Below, piece after piece: positions 57,023 through 59,524 of a stretch of 59,524 nt of DNA; position 1 is the first letter of the stretch; each line of letters starts with the position of its first letter. Source of the stretch: a bacterium (GTDB lineage Bacteria; Patescibacteriota; Andersenbacteria; UBA10190); the NCBI GenBank assembly GCA_027624555.1, contig JAQBWN010000002.1, positions 1 through 59,524 on the forward strand, given 5' to 3'. A program made the translations under genes and the position numbers. The notes under the pieces were generated by a model. That model was not told the DNA's origin, searched no databases, and was given only the letters and a program-made list of their open reading frames with translations.

Positions 57023-58674
57023 GGAGTAAGTATACCTTGTTCTGCTCGAAGCGTTGCAAGCCTCTTGTGGGTAACCTTTTTCTTCAACACGTCGGCAATC
57101 CAATTCCCCCCTAATAGGTGCGGCATCATCACATAGTCTGCGCCCGCACGGTACAGCTCCTGTGCCTCCGCCATATAGTATGCGTTTGCAACAAGCAACA
57201 TATCTGCATTTTGTGCACGAACATATGCCATAAGATTCATTTGATCATCCACTGTGGGGATAGTCATGATAATTAAAGAAGCACTCCCAAGCGGAAGATC
57301 AGACAAAAATTCCACATCCGCAATATCTCCAAAATATCCATGAATTTTTTTTCGACGCAACTCTTCTATAACCACTGGGTCAAAATCAAGAACACCAAAC
57401 GATATTTTCTTATCACGCAACGCCTCGCACACCTTCTTTCCTATGCGATGGTACCCCACCACCCAGGCATCGTATACAACAGCTGGTTTTTCACTTTGAC
57501 GCATTTTATCGGGACCAAATAATTGAAATACAGGAAGCAAGAAACGATATACTCGTTCGTTATACATAATAAGATACGAAGACGCAAAAATAGTGGCAAT
57601 TGCCACAAAGGTAAAAACAGGAACTTCATTGCCCGAAATATGCCCTGTTTGCTTGCCAGTAAATAAAATTACAAACCCAAATTCGCTCACTTGGGCAGCC
57701 GTTACACCCGACAAAAAACTGTTGCGCCGCGTAAACTTTAATGCGCGGAACAAGAAATATAAAATGAACGGATTTCCGAACAATATAAAGAGCGTTAAAA
57801 TGATTCCGGGTTTCCACAGCAGCACTACATCTTCTATTTGCATTTCGCTTCCCAATACGATAAAAAAGAGGACGAGAAAAAAATCTCTTAGTGGCCGTAT
57901 ACGGCTTCCAATTTCCAATTGATACGGAGATGAAGATAGCGATATGCCCGCTACTATTGCTCCAATTTCAAGAGAAAACCCAAGTGCGTAAAGCGCACTT
58001 GCAACCGAAAAACACCAAGCGATAGTAAATATAAAGAGAAATTCCGCGGAGTTCGCAATATATTTCAGTACTGCCGGGAGGAAATACTTTGCAAGTAATA
58101 CGAGGGAACCACCTGCAAATAGCGCCTTTACAATGAGAAACACAATACTGCCCGTATCAAAATTATCGCTTTTCAACAACCCAATTCCAACCATTATTGT
58201 AAGAGCAATAACGTCTTGAATGAGCATGAGCCCAATAGTGTGCTTTCCGTACATAGTCTCCGTGTCCTTCTTGTCGCTCAGAAACTTCATAATAATAATT
58301 GTGCTTGAAAACGTCATCGCAACGGCTATGTACATTGCAGAAAGGAAGGTAAAATCCATCCACACTAATATGGCCGTGCCAAATACTGCCGTAAACAACA
58401 CTTGCCCAAGCGCTGCAATAGTAGATACCCGCCCAATGCTTTTTAACTTTCGAAAATTTAAATTCAGCCCAATAACAAACAGCAACAACACTACCCCAAC
58501 TTGCGCAAATAGCTCATATGAAGCTGCGTTGCCATGCAAAAATATTGGCCCAATGGTAATTCCAGCAAGGATATACGCAATTATAAGCGGTTGCTTTAAC
58601 ATACGGGCAACAAACCCGACCGCAACGGTAATGAATAAAAGAACACTCAATTCTATAAATATTGTGCTCTCCAT
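57019..58674 (-). CDS. Cation:proton antiporter (CPA2, Kef-like) with TrkA-N domain
   Basis: LKQPLIIAYI.AG, LLFVIGL, FSSTII, QD, SEFGF, GY.RIG, YFGD. Confidence 0.92.
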   Translation of the reverse strand: MESTIFIELSVLLFITVAVGFVARMLKQPLIIAYILAGITIGPIFLHGNAASYELFAQVGVVLLLFVIGLNLNFRKLKSIGRVSTIAALGQVLFTAVFGTAILVWMDFTFLSAMYIAVAMTFSSTIIIMKFLSDKKDTETMYGKHTIGLMLIQDVIALTIMVGIGLLKSDNFDTGSIVFLIVKALFAGGSLVLLAKYFLPAVLKYIANSAEFLFIFTIAWCFSVASALYALGFSLEIGAIVAGISLSSSPYQLEIGSRIRPLRDFFLVLFFIVLGSEMQIEDVVLLWKPGIILTLFILFGNPFILYFLFRALKFTRRNSFLSGVTAAQVSEFGFVILFTGKQTGHISGNEVPVFTFVAIATIFASSYLIMYNERVYRFLLPVFQLFGPDKMRQSEKPAVVYDAWVVGYHRIGKKVCEALRDKKISFGVLDFDPVVIEELRRKKIHGYFGDIADVEFLSDLPLGSASLIIMTIPTVDDQMNLMAYVRAQNADMLLVANAYYMAEAQELYRAGADYVMMPHLLGGNWIADVLKKKVTHKRLATLRAEQGILTP

Positions 58675-58699
58675 AATGGTTATATAGTATCATAAGCAC

Positions 58700-59524
58700 A
58701 TGGAACAATTACACCTATACAATTCACATTCTAGAAAAACTGAAATTCTTACCCCTATTTCAGGTACAAATACCGTTACCGTATATAACTGCGGGCCTAC
58801 GGTATACAAACGCCAACATATCGGTAATATGCGCCGCTTTTTGCATGCTGATTTCTTAAAGAGAACCCTTGAACTTTTAGCGTACAAGGTAAACGATATT
58901 ACGAATATTACGGACGTGGGGCATTTAACACAGGACGAACTAGATACCGGGGAAGATAAATTGGAGAAAGCGGCAAAAACAGAACTGCGAACTCCACAAG
59001 ACATTGCAAAAGAACAAACAGAATTATTTTTTTCTGACATTGATTCTTTAAACATCTTGCGAGCAACTGCATTTCCTGCTGCAAGTAGCCATATCGCAGA
59101 AATGATTTCGTTAATTAAAACGTTGATAGAAAAAAAACATGCATACGTTGCACCAAGTGGCGTGTATTTTGACGTATCTTCGTTCCCCTCATACGGAGAA
59201 CTTTCTGGAAACACGGTGAGCTCCCTTGATGCCGGCCATAGAGTAGATAACAAAACTGACAAGAAAAACCCCGCAGATTTTGCATTGTGGATGATAGATA
59301 ATTCACATCTGCAGCTGTGGGATTCCCCTTGGGGTAAGGGGTACCCAGGTTGGCACATAGAGTGTTCTGCAATGAGTATGAAGTACTTAGGCGAAACTAT
59401 TGATATTCATACAGGAGGCGAAGATAACCGGTTCCCTCATCACGAAAATGAAATAGCGCAGTCGCAAGGAGCAACGGGGAAACAATTTGTACAACTTTGG
59501 ATGCACAACAGGCACCTTCTATTA
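58700..59524 (+). CDS. cysS: Cysteine--tRNA ligase (3' partial; absent from the ORF track)
   Basis: YNCGPTVY..QHIGN, NITDVGHL, DFALW, SPWG.G.PGWHIECSAMS, DIHTGG.D..FPHHENE. Confidence 0.97.
   Translation, partial: MEQLHLYNSHSRKTEILTPISGTNTVTVYNCGPTVYKRQHIGNMRRFLHADFLKRTLELLAYKVNDITNITDVGHLTQDELDTGEDKLEKAAKTELRTPQDIAKEQTELFFSDIDSLNILRATAFPAASSHIAEMISLIKTLIEKKHAYVAPSGVYFDVSSFPSYGELSGNTVSSLDAGHRVDNKTDKKNPADFALWMIDNSHLQLWDSPWGKGYPGWHIECSAMSMKYLGETIDIHTGGEDNRFPHHENEIAQSQGATGKQFVQLWMHNRHLLL

Noticed and set aside
1..59524. CRISPR array, prophage, integrase/transposase, reverse transcriptase or known defence operon
   Set aside because: No regularly spaced repeats or diagnostic protein motifs were seen; the palindromic repeats are dispersed, not arrayed

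Overview
Compact bacterial chromosome segment, genetic code 11. Gene content and style point to a Patescibacteria/CPR (Parcubacteria-like) organism; this is an inference, not a database result. Supporting traits are densely packed genes, a split transketolase, an archaeal-type AspRS and mostly SD-less starts. Most of the window is housekeeping: dnaX, xseAB, ndh, tsaC, trxB, degP, frameshifted prfB, ftsEX, rpiB-rpe-tkt, murB, split priA, nrdAB, gltX, rpmA, pyrG, rplI, aspS, hrcA-grpE-dnaK-dnaJ with a CIRCE operator, cysS, and five tRNAs. I saw no prophage, CRISPR array or transposase. The unusual signals are at small scale. (1) Several families of GC-rich palindromic REP/RPE-like elements sit in frame, sometimes nested, inside dnaX, trxB and a WecB/TagA gene. 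(2) A promoter-led, ~380-nt highly structured RNA candidate lies in front of aspS. (3) Self-contained orphan mini-cassettes (promoter, strong SD, terminator) include an internally deleted formaldehyde-activating enzyme gene and a 20-aa Cys-tailed peptide followed by a hairpin displaying the complement of the 16S 3' end. (4) Two adjacent secreted proteins share a GxG-aromatic-x-PSP repeat. (5) Many housekeeping genes have a leaderless-type start with a -10 box 6-8 nt before the ATG. All product calls come from motif recognition by eye.
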